A model generated the notes under the pieces. That model was not told the DNA's origin. It ran no database searches and saw nothing but the letters and a program-made list of their open reading frames with translations. Below, one piece after another: positions 9,778 through 19,178 of a stretch of DNA of 64,000 bases. The stretch comes from Patescibacteria group bacterium. GTDB taxonomy: Bacteria > Patescibacteriota > Patescibacteriia > UBA1558 > GWA2-36-10. The stretch is taken from positions 577,377 to 641,376 of the forward strand of contig JAHJQF010000001.1 in NCBI GenBank assembly GCA_018819405.1, given 5' to 3'. Position numbers and translations under genes: made by a program. How positions within the stretch are numbered: the stretch's first letter is position 1; every line of letters starts with the position of its first letter.

Positions 9778-10221
9778 ATGATAGAAAATTTAGAAAAGTC
9801 ACTAAATGAGCTAGATGGCTCTATGGACGCTAGTGATCCCAATGATTCTCTTGTTAAAAAGGTAGAAGATATTAGGAAAAAGAGGTTAAAAGATTTAAGT
9901 GTGGATGATTTGGCATTATTGTTAAGGCAGCAGATTAGTTTAGGTTTTGTGGTACCGTTATCTTTAAGCAAATTAAATGAGAATATACTCATTGAGACTG
10001 AAGACACCGGATTTCGTCTACTATCAACTTTATTAAAAGTTGAAAAGGATTTTTGGTCTAGCAATGATGAGTTATATAATCAAACTGCAGATTTAATAAA
10101 TAGTAAGATGGATGAAATTATAAATCCAAAAATGGATAATCCAGTAGAATTAGATAGCTATATATCTGATGAGCTACCAGAGATTTTGAAACTATATCAG
10201 AGTTTTAAAGATTTAATATAA
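9778..10221 (+). CDS. putative immunity protein for the C-terminal tip of the giant toxin (small acidic cytoplasmic protein)
   Basis: Starts 2 nt after the toxin stop. 147 aa, acidic, no signal peptide. Position and coupling typical of Rhs immunity genes. Confidence 0.4.
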   Translation: MIENLEKSLNELDGSMDASDPNDSLVKKVEDIRKKRLKDLSVDDLALLLRQQISLGFVVPLSLSKLNENILIETEDTGFRLLSTLLKVEKDFWSSNDELYNQTADLINSKMDEIINPKMDNPVELDSYISDELPEILKLYQSFKDLI

Positions 10222-10266
10222 TTTATTTCACTGGTGATTTTTTAAGCCACCGGTGAAATTACACTT

Positions 10267-11073
10267 ATGACAGAATTTTTATTAAAATGGCAAACTCTTA
10301 TTGGAGCTGCACTTGGTCCCTTTCTTTTGGGGCTCGGTGCTTGGCTTAAGGGCGTAATGAGTAAGAAAGAAGAGCGTAAGGAGCATCTACGGCGAATAGA
10401 AATTAGTATAACACGAAGTTTAGATGATACATATAAAACACGCCAAAAACTACAAGATTTTGTTTCTAGATTAAGAATTCTGGTTAATCAAATAAGAGCC
10501 ATAACAGATAAGCACCATTTTTCTCTTGAGACCACAAATTATCCAGCTATAAGAGATGTCTATCGTGACATAGAAGCACCAAATTTTAAGATAAAAAGTT
10601 ATTACTTACATAATAAACTTTTATGGACAGATTCTGGCATTAAAGAGACAAATGAGGCCGTAGCGGGTCTTAAAAATGATTTTGCAGATTTACTAAGAAA
10701 GAACGAACTACATATAGCTTTGATAAGGCAAAATCAAAATCTAAATTCGGATCAACAGAGAGAAGACTATGCCTATAATCTGCAGGGATTTGCTAATTCC
10801 ATAGATGAATTTATAAATAAATTTATAAAACACGGTATAGAAATCATGACGCAAGTCAAGATATATAATGACCATTTGCGTAAAAGGAGTGGAAAATGGT
10901 TTTTATGGAAATGTGAAGGAATTAATTTTAGATATTTTCGTAGTAAAGTTAAACAGAAAGAATTTTCCAGAAATCTTAATTCACTAGAGCGTATTGATAA
11001 GATCATAGAGAAAGAAGTTAAATCAGCTATACAAGACGCAGAAAACAGAGCTGCTGAATTATCACGGAAATAA
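10267..11073 (+). CDS. hypothetical membrane-anchored helical protein (possible orphan immunity/accessory gene of toxin locus)
   Basis: N-terminal TM LIGAALGPFLLGLGAWL. The remainder is predicted helical/charged. No recognisable catalytic motif. Confidence 0.3.
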   Translation: MTEFLLKWQTLIGAALGPFLLGLGAWLKGVMSKKEERKEHLRRIEISITRSLDDTYKTRQKLQDFVSRLRILVNQIRAITDKHHFSLETTNYPAIRDVYRDIEAPNFKIKSYYLHNKLLWTDSGIKETNEAVAGLKNDFADLLRKNELHIALIRQNQNLNSDQQREDYAYNLQGFANSIDEFINKFIKHGIEIMTQVKIYNDHLRKRSGKWFLWKCEGINFRYFRSKVKQKEFSRNLNSLERIDKIIEKEVKSAIQDAENRAAELSRK

Positions 11074-11321
11074 TAATATCAGGGTATAAATCACCCAATC
11101 CGTCAATTTAGTTCATTTCATTAATAAATAAACAAAATGCGACACTTTCTAAACCCTTTTTATACTGTCGCATTTGTCTCATTTTGCTGGAGCAGGTGAG
11201 CACCATAATGGTTCTATTATAATAAATAATGTAAGTGATCCAAATTTACCATATTCTCAAGATATTATAGTTCGCGATCAGAATATTGTTAGTGAAATTA
11301 ATAAGTATATAGTTAAATAAT

Positions 11322-11627
11322 ATGATAGATTTAAGATTTTATACAATTATAGTACGAAAGGATAAGGTTAATGACAAGTTTATGTTTTTATTTAATACTT
11401 TTAATGGGCCGAAAAATGAGGATGATTACTTTTATGTTTTTTATACTATGGCAGAAAGTATTTTGATGGAAATTAAAAAGGAATTAAAGGTTAAGGCAAA
11501 TTTGAAAGGGATAGATAACGATGGAAAATGGCAAGATTATGTTATAGTTGGTTCTATGCAAGGTATATTAGAAGGAAAGTGTGATTGGATTAAGATAGTT
11601 GATAATAAGGTGGAGTATATTGGATAA
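11322..11627 (+). CDS. hypothetical small protein (possible orphan immunity protein)
   Basis: 101-aa ORF with no recognisable motif, located at the distal end of the toxin neighbourhood. Confidence 0.25.
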   Translation: MIDLRFYTIIVRKDKVNDKFMFLFNTFNGPKNEDDYFYVFYTMAESILMEIKKELKVKANLKGIDNDGKWQDYVIVGSMQGILEGKCDWIKIVDNKVEYIG

Positions 11628-11754
11628 AATAATCTCCGAGCCCTAGAAAAATCCTCAGAATTTGATCGCTGATAGTTGTGTATGCATGCTTTTTGCGGAG
11701 ACATTTTCCTGCTATTTGACTGGACAAAAAGAGGTAACAATTAAATAAATGTGA

Positions 11755-11791
11755 CCTCGGAGGTTAATTAACCTCCGAGGTTGTTTCTTTT
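11755..11791 (+). terminator. intrinsic terminator-like perfect 26-bp palindrome + T-tract
   Basis: CCTCGGAGGTTAATTAACCTCCGAGG followed by TTGTTTCTTTT. Confidence 0.5.
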
Positions 11792-11807
11792 AAAAAATAA
11801 TCAAAAA

Positions 11808-11834
11808 TGGTATAATACTTGTACAGGTGTATAA
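11808..11834 (+). promoter_or_regulatory. tandem -10 elements (extended TGgTATAAT and gTGTATAAT) upstream of glycolytic block
   Basis: TGGTATAAT at 11808-11816 and GTGTATAAT at 11826-11834, just upstream of the AATTTCTAACGGG-ATG start context. Confidence 0.4.
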
Positions 11835-11855
11835 TAAAATTAAATTTCTAACGGG

Positions 11856-12248
11856 ATGAAAACTAGCCATTCAATAGTCTTTTTTGTAATTATCCTCTTA
11901 GTAGGATTTTCTATATTTTTGTTTGTAGATCACAAAGAAAAAAACAAACCAGATATAGTCAGATATAAAGTGGGCTGTGATAGCGACAAGATAGAGGCTT
12001 CTATCTACGGACTTAGTGGTAATACCAGTCGTATTGGAGCAATGATAAAGACAAAAGAACAGCCTATTTCGCAAGAAAACAAAGACAAATTGAGCGACTT
12101 GGGTGTATTTTTGGATGAGGCTAGCTCTATTTTTGATTATGTCAGAGTAGAAATACCGACTGAAAAACTTTGTGATTTAGCTCAGCTGGATTTTGTCGTA
12201 TCAATTTTTAATCCAGAAACAAAAGAAGATACTAATTTGTTACAATAA
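11856..12248 (+). CDS. hypothetical membrane-anchored/secreted small protein
   Basis: N-terminal hydrophobic IVFFVIILLVGFSIFLFV. Its stop is 1 nt before the pgk start. Confidence 0.35.
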   Translation: MKTSHSIVFFVIILLVGFSIFLFVDHKEKNKPDIVRYKVGCDSDKIEASIYGLSGNTSRIGAMIKTKEQPISQENKDKLSDLGVFLDEASSIFDYVRVEIPTEKLCDLAQLDFVVSIFNPETKEDTNLLQ

Positions 12249-12249
12249 A

Positions 12250-13413
12250 ATGAAGCTTAGAAATCTCGAGCAAATAAGGACTTTAGAAGGAAAACGGGTT
12301 TTATTACGCCTAGACCTTAATGTCCCTCTCAAAGGTGATCAAGTAGACCCGTCTGGGGACTGGCGTTTGGATCGATCTTTGCCAACTATCAATTATCTTA
12401 TCAAACATAAGGCCAAGATAATTATCGTGGCTCATTTGGGTCGGCCAGATGGTCAAAGGCAAGAAAAATTTTCGCTTTTGCCAGTAGCCAAATCTTTATC
12501 CAAAAAGTTGGGGCAAAAAATAGAATTTTGGGCTGATGATTTTCGTGATTATGTAAAAGACAGTCAGTCTATGGAGTTTTCTCAGATAGCTATGCTGGAA
12601 AATATCCGTTTTGAGCCTCGGGAAAAGAAAAATTGCAAGCGCTTGGCCAAAGATCTGAGTAAATTGGCTGATATTTATGTCAATGATGCTTTTGGCAATT
12701 TACACAGGCAGGATTCTTCAATGCACGCTATTACTGAATATTTGCCAGCTTATGCCGGATTTTTGATCATAGACGAGATAAAACACCTTTCTCAGATACT
12801 GGACGCCAAAGATGGTGTGGTCATTATGTTTGGTGGCGCCAAGATTTCTACCAAGATAAAGCTTATCAAAAAACTATCAGTCAAAGCTGATAAAATACTC
12901 CTAGGTGGAGCGTTAGCCAATACAATGATCAAAGCTTCTGGATACAGTGTGGGCAAGTCTTTGGTGGATGACAAGTCACTAGCCAGCGCCAAGACACTTT
13001 TGAAAAATAATATCCACTTGCCCATTGATGTCAATGTCGCCACCAGCCTAAAAGTAAAAAAGTATCAAACCAAAACAATTGATAATATTCCCAAAAATGC
13101 CATGATTTTGGATATTGGTCCGGCTACAATCAAGGAATATGAAAGTATTTTAAAGTCAGCCAAACTGGTTGTTTGGAATGGACCTTTTGGATATTTTGAG
13201 AACAAAAATTTTGTACAGGGTTCTCGGGAGATTATGAAGTATCTGGCCAAACTGCCAGCCAAAGTCATTATCGGTGGTGGTGAGACAGTAGAACTGGCCA
13301 AAGAGCTTGGTTTTGACAAAAAATTTGATTTTATTTCTACGGGCGGTGGAGCAATGCTCACATACTTGGGGGGTAGTAAGATGCCGTCGTTAGATAGATT
13401 GAAAATAAGGTAA
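12250..13413 (+). CDS. pgk: phosphoglycerate kinase
   Basis: RVLLRLDLNVPL, AHLGRPDG, and a C-terminal FISTGGGA-type motif. The start is taken at MKLRNLEQ (12250) rather than the longer track start at 12193. Confidence 0.9.
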   Translation: MKLRNLEQIRTLEGKRVLLRLDLNVPLKGDQVDPSGDWRLDRSLPTINYLIKHKAKIIIVAHLGRPDGQRQEKFSLLPVAKSLSKKLGQKIEFWADDFRDYVKDSQSMEFSQIAMLENIRFEPREKKNCKRLAKDLSKLADIYVNDAFGNLHRQDSSMHAITEYLPAYAGFLIIDEIKHLSQILDAKDGVVIMFGGAKISTKIKLIKKLSVKADKILLGGALANTMIKASGYSVGKSLVDDKSLASAKTLLKNNIHLPIDVNVATSLKVKKYQTKTIDNIPKNAMILDIGPATIKEYESILKSAKLVVWNGPFGYFENKNFVQGSREIMKYLAKLPAKVIIGGGETVELAKELGFDKKFDFISTGGGAMLTYLGGSKMPSLDRLKIR

Positions 13414-13432
13414 TTCAATATTTAAAAAACAT

Positions 13433-14704
13433 ATGCCGGATAAAATAAAAAAAATTAGCGCTATAGAAATTCTTGATTCCCGCGGCAATCCAACTCTAGA
13501 GACTACAGTTGAATTATCAAGTGGTATATCAGCTACGGCGGCGGTGCCTTCGGGAGCATCGACTGGTCGCTTTGAAGCTCATGAGCTCCGAGATGGTGAC
13601 AAGGTAAGATACGGCGGCCAAGGAGTGCTCAAGGCAGTAAACAATGTAAATACCATTTTAAATAAAGAATTAACTGGTTTATTAGTCAATGAGCAAAGCA
13701 AACTAGATAGATTAATGATTGAGCTTGATGGCACCAAAAATAAAAGCAAGCTCGGCGCCAATGCTATATTATCAGTTTCTTTGGCTTTGGCTCATGCGGC
13801 GGCCAAGTTCAACAATGTCCAGCTTTATGAATATATTAGACAGATTTATAATCCGCGACTTAGATCTTATATTTTACCGACTCCAGTGGTCAATGTCATA
13901 AACGGTGGAGCTCATGCTTCTACCAATATCAATATTCAGGAGTTTTGGATAGTGCCCGTCAAGGCAGCGACTTTTGCCGAAAAATTGCGTCAAGCCAGTG
14001 AGATATTTCATAAACTAGGTACTTTATTGGACGGGATAGGTCTAGATACTGATTTGGGCAATGAAGGTGGCTATGCACCAAATGTCAACTCACACCGTCA
14101 GGTTTTTGAGCTTTTGATGCAGTCAATTGAGAGTAGTGGTTATCAGCCTGATAAAGATATACTTTTGGGTGTTGATGCTGGAGCTTCTGAGTTTTATGAT
14201 GACCAGCAAAAAAAATATATTTTGGACTTGGAGAAGGCCAAATTTAGTAGTGATGAGATGATAGATTTTTATCTGGATCTGATGGAAGTATATCCACTTC
14301 GTTTTTTGGAAGACCCACTTGATCAGGAGGACTGGTCATCTTGGGCGGATTTTACAGGCGATGGTTTTATCCAATCTCAAGATGTCTGTCTGATTGGTGA
14401 TGATTTGTTTGTGACCAACAAGGCTAGACTCAAAAAAGGTGTAGAAATGAAAGTGGCCAATACAATCCTAATCAAGCCAAATCAAATTGGCACCTTGACC
14501 GAGACATTGGACACTATCCGTTACGCACGAGAAAATAATTATAAACTAATAGTTTCTCATCGTAGTGGAGAAACTAGCGACACGACAATTGCCGATTTGG
14601 CAGTAGCTGTCAATTCCGATTATATCAAGACTGGTTCTACTGCCAGAGGTGAGAGGACAGCCAAATATAATAGATTATTAAATATAGAACAAAAAATTAA
14701 ATAA
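13433..14704 (+). CDS. eno: enolase (phosphopyruvate hydratase)
   Basis: SAIEILDSRGNPTLE, SGASTG, and IKPNQIGTLTET signatures. Full length, 423 aa. Confidence 0.95.
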   Translation: MPDKIKKISAIEILDSRGNPTLETTVELSSGISATAAVPSGASTGRFEAHELRDGDKVRYGGQGVLKAVNNVNTILNKELTGLLVNEQSKLDRLMIELDGTKNKSKLGANAILSVSLALAHAAAKFNNVQLYEYIRQIYNPRLRSYILPTPVVNVINGGAHASTNINIQEFWIVPVKAATFAEKLRQASEIFHKLGTLLDGIGLDTDLGNEGGYAPNVNSHRQVFELLMQSIESSGYQPDKDILLGVDAGASEFYDDQQKKYILDLEKAKFSSDEMIDFYLDLMEVYPLRFLEDPLDQEDWSSWADFTGDGFIQSQDVCLIGDDLFVTNKARLKKGVEMKVANTILIKPNQIGTLTETLDTIRYARENNYKLIVSHRSGETSDTTIADLAVAVNSDYIKTGSTARGERTAKYNRLLNIEQKIK

Positions 14705-14710
14705 TATTTT

Positions 14711-16270
14711 ATGTCTAATATACAAAAAAAAGCAAAGACCTTAGCCCTTGTTATTTTGGATGGTTGGGGTTTGTGGGGAGAAGAAAAGGGCAATGCTATA
14801 GCGCAAGCTGATACTCCGGTTATGGCAAAATTGTACAAAAAATATCCCAATATTCAGATTCAGGCTTCAGAAAAATATGTAGGCTTGCCTGACGGTCAAC
14901 CAGGAAATTCTGAGGCGGGGCACATGAATATTGGCGCGGGACGGGTGATAGAGCAGGATGCAGTGACAATATCACGCTCTATAAATAATGGTACTTTTTT
15001 TAAAAATCCAGCTTTTTTGCAAGCTGCTAGCCATGCGGAAAAACACAAATCAGATATACATCTGATAGGCCTACTTTCCAACGGCACCAGTCCTCATTCC
15101 CATGATGATCACATATTATCTCTCTTGAGTTTTTTTATTTCTAAGACAAAACAAAATATTTATTTACACCTTTTTACTGATGGTCGTGACAGTCCTCCTT
15201 ATTCGGCTCTCAAAATATTGGCTCAGTATAATACTGTATTCAACAGTGATCGGGTAAAAATTGCCTCAGTGATGGGTAGGTTTTATGCGATGGACAGAAA
15301 AAAAGCTTGGGATAGAACCCGTAAAGCTTATGAGGCTATAGTTATAGGTAAAGGATATAAAGCTAAGAGCGCTGTCGAAGCTGTCAATCAAGCCTACAAT
15401 AGAGGAGAGAGCGATGAATTTATATTGCCGACAGTTATTAGTAAAAATAAAAAACCTCTTGGGCCAATAAATGATAATGATAGCGTTGTATTTTTTAATC
15501 TGCGTTCTGATAGAGCTAGGCAGTTGACCAAAGCTTTTGTACAAAAAGACTTTGAAAAGAAAAACGGAGGCACTTTCAAGCGCCAAGTAGTGCCCAAAAA
15601 TCTTATTTTTGTAGCTTTGACCGACTTTGGTCCTGATTTGGGTGGGGTGCTCACTGCTTATCCAGGTATTGATATACCAGATACTTTGCCGATAGCTCTT
15701 AAAGATGTCAGACAACTTTATATAGCGGAAACAGAAAAATATGCTCATGTTACATATTTTATAAACGGTGGTTATGATCATCCTATAGCTGGAGAGGATA
15801 GGATTGATATTCCTTCCAAAGATGTGCTTTCTTATGATAAAAAGCCAGAAATGAGTACCAAGGAAATAACTGATAAAGTAATACAATGTCTAAAAAATGA
15901 TAAATATGATTTTTTCTGTATCAATTTTGCAGCGCCTGATATGGTTGGCCATACTGGCAATCTCAAAGCGGGTATCAAAGCAGTGGAGGCAGTAGATAAA
16001 CATTTGGGTAGAATAGTGGATGAATTTTTGAAATTCAGAGGGACAGTAATAGTTACGGCCGATCATGGAAATGTAGAGGAAATGATAAATTTAAAGACAC
16101 AGGAGATTGATACCGAACACTCCATAAATCCAGTCCCTTTTATAATTGTTTCAGATAAAAAATATAAATTGAAAAAAACCGGCCGTCTTTCCCATATTGC
16201 ACCGACTATTTTGGATATCATGGGGATAGATAAACCAATATTAATGAAAGACAATAGTTTAATAAAGTAA
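14711..16270 (+). CDS. gpmI: 2,3-bisphosphoglycerate-independent phosphoglycerate mutase (iPGM), copy 1
   Basis: LVILDGWG N-terminal signature, HTGN metal-binding motif, TADHGN. 519 aa. Confidence 0.9.
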   Translation: MSNIQKKAKTLALVILDGWGLWGEEKGNAIAQADTPVMAKLYKKYPNIQIQASEKYVGLPDGQPGNSEAGHMNIGAGRVIEQDAVTISRSINNGTFFKNPAFLQAASHAEKHKSDIHLIGLLSNGTSPHSHDDHILSLLSFFISKTKQNIYLHLFTDGRDSPPYSALKILAQYNTVFNSDRVKIASVMGRFYAMDRKKAWDRTRKAYEAIVIGKGYKAKSAVEAVNQAYNRGESDEFILPTVISKNKKPLGPINDNDSVVFFNLRSDRARQLTKAFVQKDFEKKNGGTFKRQVVPKNLIFVALTDFGPDLGGVLTAYPGIDIPDTLPIALKDVRQLYIAETEKYAHVTYFINGGYDHPIAGEDRIDIPSKDVLSYDKKPEMSTKEITDKVIQCLKNDKYDFFCINFAAPDMVGHTGNLKAGIKAVEAVDKHLGRIVDEFLKFRGTVIVTADHGNVEEMINLKTQEIDTEHSINPVPFIIVSDKKYKLKKTGRLSHIAPTILDIMGIDKPILMKDNSLIK

Positions 16271-16282
16271 ATTTCTAACGGG

Positions 16283-17860
16283 ATGAACAGACCAAAACCA
16301 GTGGTATTAATTATATTAGATGGATTCGGTATTGCTCCACCGTCTCGAGCCAATGCAATTTCTTTGGCCAAGACGCCCAATCTTGATAAATATTCTTCCA
16401 ATTATCCGGTCATGCCGGTGGCTGCTTCAGGTGAGGCAGTTGGTTTGTCTTGGGGAGAAATGGGCAATTCCCAAGTGGGTCATTTATCATTGGGTTCAGG
16501 TGTTATCCCATATCAAAATTTGCCTAGGATTTCCAAGTCAATTATTGATGGTGATTTTTTACAAAACGAAGCTTTTTTGAAAGTTTGTGATCATGTCAAA
16601 AAAAATAACAGCGCCCTTCATCTTATTGGTTTGCTTAGCTCTGGAGGTGTGCATAGCTATAATGAACACCTTTATGCTTTGATAGATTTGGCCAAAGAAC
16701 AAAAAGTAGAGCGGGTTTATGTGCATGCTTTTTTAGATGGTCGCGATACACCTTATAATAGTGCTTTAAATTTTGTTACTAAACTGGAAGAAAGATTAAA
16801 AAAAGTAGGTTTGGGGGCTATTGCTACACTTAGTGGTCGTTTTTGGGCAATGGATAGAGACAATCGTTGGGACAGGACGGAAAAAGCCTGGCGAGCCTTG
16901 GTAGACGGCGTGTCTGATGAAAAATTTGAAGATCCCCTAGTGGCTATAGAAAAATCCTATGAAAAAAAAGTTTATGATGAAGAGTTTGTTCCAGTGGTGA
17001 TTGTCGATGACATGGGCAAACCACGAGGCACCATCAAAGACAAGGATGGGGTAATATTTTTTAATTTTAGATCAGATCGTGCTAGACAACTGACCAAGGC
17101 TTTGGTTTTGCCTGGTTTTGAAAAATTCAAAAGAGACTATTTCAAAAATTTGATGATGATTACTATGGCTGAATATGAAAAAGATTTGCCGGTTTTGGTG
17201 GCTTTTCCTCCTTTGGTCATAGAGACGCCTTTAGCTAGAATTATTTCTGAAGCCGGATTGCGTCAGCTTCATATTGCCGAAACTGAAAAATATGCTCATG
17301 TTACTTATTTTTTTAATGGTGGTCAAGAAAAAATATATGAAGGCGAAGACAGAGTACTGGTGCCATCACCTCAGGTTACTTCGTATGACCAAAAACCAGC
17401 TATGAGTGCCAGAGATTTGACAGCCAAGGTTACTCAGGCCATCAAAGAAGGCACTTATGATTTTATAGTGCTCAATTATGCTAATCCTGATATGATTGGC
17501 CATACTGGCAATATCCAGGCTACTATTGAAGCTATAGAAATATTAGATCAGTTGATTGGGGAAGCAGTAGAAACTACTTTGTCGTATGAGGGTGTAGTTT
17601 TAATAACCTCTGATCATGGTAATGCCGAGAGTCTTTATGACCTGCAGACCGGTGAGATAAACAAAGAACATTCCAACAATCCGGTGCCTTTATTTATTAT
17701 TGGAAAAGATTTTGCTGGTAAGGCAGTTTTGTCCGGTGTAGCCGGTACTGATCTTAGTCATGTCACGCCAGTGGGAGTGTTGTCTGATGTAGCACCGACA
17801 ATACTCAAGATTATGGGACTCAAAAAACCGCCCGAAATGACGGGCAGCTCTTTGATATAA
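16283..17860 (+). CDS. gpmI: 2,3-bisphosphoglycerate-independent phosphoglycerate mutase (iPGM), tandem paralog copy 2
   Basis: VVLIILDGFG, HTGN, TSDHGN. 525 aa. Clearly homologous to the upstream gene but diverged. Confidence 0.85.
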   Translation: MNRPKPVVLIILDGFGIAPPSRANAISLAKTPNLDKYSSNYPVMPVAASGEAVGLSWGEMGNSQVGHLSLGSGVIPYQNLPRISKSIIDGDFLQNEAFLKVCDHVKKNNSALHLIGLLSSGGVHSYNEHLYALIDLAKEQKVERVYVHAFLDGRDTPYNSALNFVTKLEERLKKVGLGAIATLSGRFWAMDRDNRWDRTEKAWRALVDGVSDEKFEDPLVAIEKSYEKKVYDEEFVPVVIVDDMGKPRGTIKDKDGVIFFNFRSDRARQLTKALVLPGFEKFKRDYFKNLMMITMAEYEKDLPVLVAFPPLVIETPLARIISEAGLRQLHIAETEKYAHVTYFFNGGQEKIYEGEDRVLVPSPQVTSYDQKPAMSARDLTAKVTQAIKEGTYDFIVLNYANPDMIGHTGNIQATIEAIEILDQLIGEAVETTLSYEGVVLITSDHGNAESLYDLQTGEINKEHSNNPVPLFIIGKDFAGKAVLSGVAGTDLSHVTPVGVLSDVAPTILKIMGLKKPPEMTGSSLI

Positions 17861-17864
17861 AATT

Positions 17865-18302
17865 TTACTTTGGCCAGGTATAGATTAACAACATTGTTAG
17901 TACAATGCCGATTATCATGCCAACTATTATTTCTGTGTTGGTATGACCAAAGCGTTCGTTGAGTACCGGAAATTTATATTTTTCTTTACTTGGCATTTTT
18001 TTGGTCATTTGATTGATTATCTGAGCTTGTTTGCCTAGCTTGCGTCTGATGCCAGCTGCATCCTTGACTATCACTATAGCCATTATCAGGGCAATGGCAA
18101 AACTGACTGAAGCCCAACCTTCAAAATACCCAATTACCAGAACCAGAGAGGTGGCTAGAGCTGTATGAGAAGATGGCATACCACCATAAGAAAATATTTT
18201 ACCCCAGCTAAAATTGCCTTGGAATCCATGGACAAGGAGCTTGATTATTTGATTTATACACAATACTAATAGGGGAATAATAAAGAATTTGAAATCAGCC
18301 AT
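17865..18302 (-). CDS. divergent PAP2 family (YuiD-like) membrane protein
   Basis: GGMPSSHTALATSL and KDAAGIRR motifs of acid phosphatase/haloperoxidase-related DUF212 proteins. Confidence 0.6.
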   Translation of the reverse strand: MADFKFFIIPLLVLCINQIIKLLVHGFQGNFSWGKIFSYGGMPSSHTALATSLVLVIGYFEGWASVSFAIALIMAIVIVKDAAGIRRKLGKQAQIINQMTKKMPSKEKYKFPVLNERFGHTNTEIIVGMIIGIVLTMLLIYTWPK

Positions 18303-18395
18303 ATTGCTTTTTTAAAAATAATAATATAAAGTCATTATAACAGAAAATTTTGTTAAAATAAATGGTAAAATATATAATAATTAATTTTTAACGAG

Positions 18396-19178
18396 GTGAA
18401 TGTACTAGAAATTATATTTTTGGGCATTGTTCAGGGTATAACTGAATGGTTGCCTATATCCAGCTCCGGCCATTTAGTGCTGTTTGAAAAGTGGTTAAAT
18501 ATTGATGTTGATTTGTCTTTTGACATTTTTTTACACTTAGCTACTTTATTAGTCATTTTGTGGTTTTTTAGGAGTCAGATAAAAGAAGTTATTTTAGCTC
18601 CATTTGGCAAGGCAGAGTCCGACAAAAAAAGATGGTGGCTATATATTATGGTTAGTAGTTTTTTTACTGCTATATTAGGTTATATATTTTATGAACAAAT
18701 AGATACTTTTCGGACTGTTGATTCTGTCAGTGGTTGGCTACTGGTTACTTCAATGTTGCTATTAGCTACCAAATTTTCCAAAGGGGAAAAAGATTTGAAT
18801 ATTTGGCACGCTATTGCGCTAGGGCTTGCTCAGGGTTTTGCGGTACTTCCGGGCTTGTCTAGAAGTGGAGCAGTCATTGCTTTGGCTCTGACTATGAAGA
18901 TAAAAAAAGATCAGGCTTTTGAATACGGTTTTATAGTGGCTATTCCAGCTATACTAGGTTCATTTCTTTTAACTATCAAAGATATTTATGCTATGTTTTC
19001 GTCAGTGGGCTCTGAGGCGAGTATAGGTTTTAATTGGACATATCTAGCCGCTTTTTTAGTGACTATGGTGGTTAGTTATTTATCTCTTTCTTTATTAAAA
19101 GTTATTTTAAAACGTGATTATTTTTATTTATTTTTTATCTATACTTTAGTCTTAGCAGTTATTATTAAATTAAATTGA
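18396..19178 (+). CDS. uppP: undecaprenyl-diphosphate phosphatase
   Basis: IVQGITEWLPISSSGHL N-terminal BacA/UppP signature and LPGLSRSG motif. GTG start. Confidence 0.9.
   Translation: MNVLEIIFLGIVQGITEWLPISSSGHLVLFEKWLNIDVDLSFDIFLHLATLLVILWFFRSQIKEVILAPFGKAESDKKRWWLYIMVSSFFTAILGYIFYEQIDTFRTVDSVSGWLLVTSMLLLATKFSKGEKDLNIWHAIALGLAQGFAVLPGLSRSGAVIALALTMKIKKDQAFEYGFIVAIPAILGSFLLTIKDIYAMFSSVGSEASIGFNWTYLAAFLVTMVVSYLSLSLLKVILKRDYFYLFFIYTLVLAVIIKLN

Noticed and set aside
12193-12249. Longer pgk start at 12193 (MSYQFLIQKQ...)
   Set aside because: It would overlap the entire 3' end of the upstream gene. Conserved PGK N-terminus aligns from MKLRNLEQ at 12250.
15266-15886. 206-aa minus-strand ORF inside gpmI copy 1
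   Set aside because: Low-complexity Ile/Phe-rich antisense frame of an AT-rich gene. The plus-strand iPGM motifs are unambiguous.
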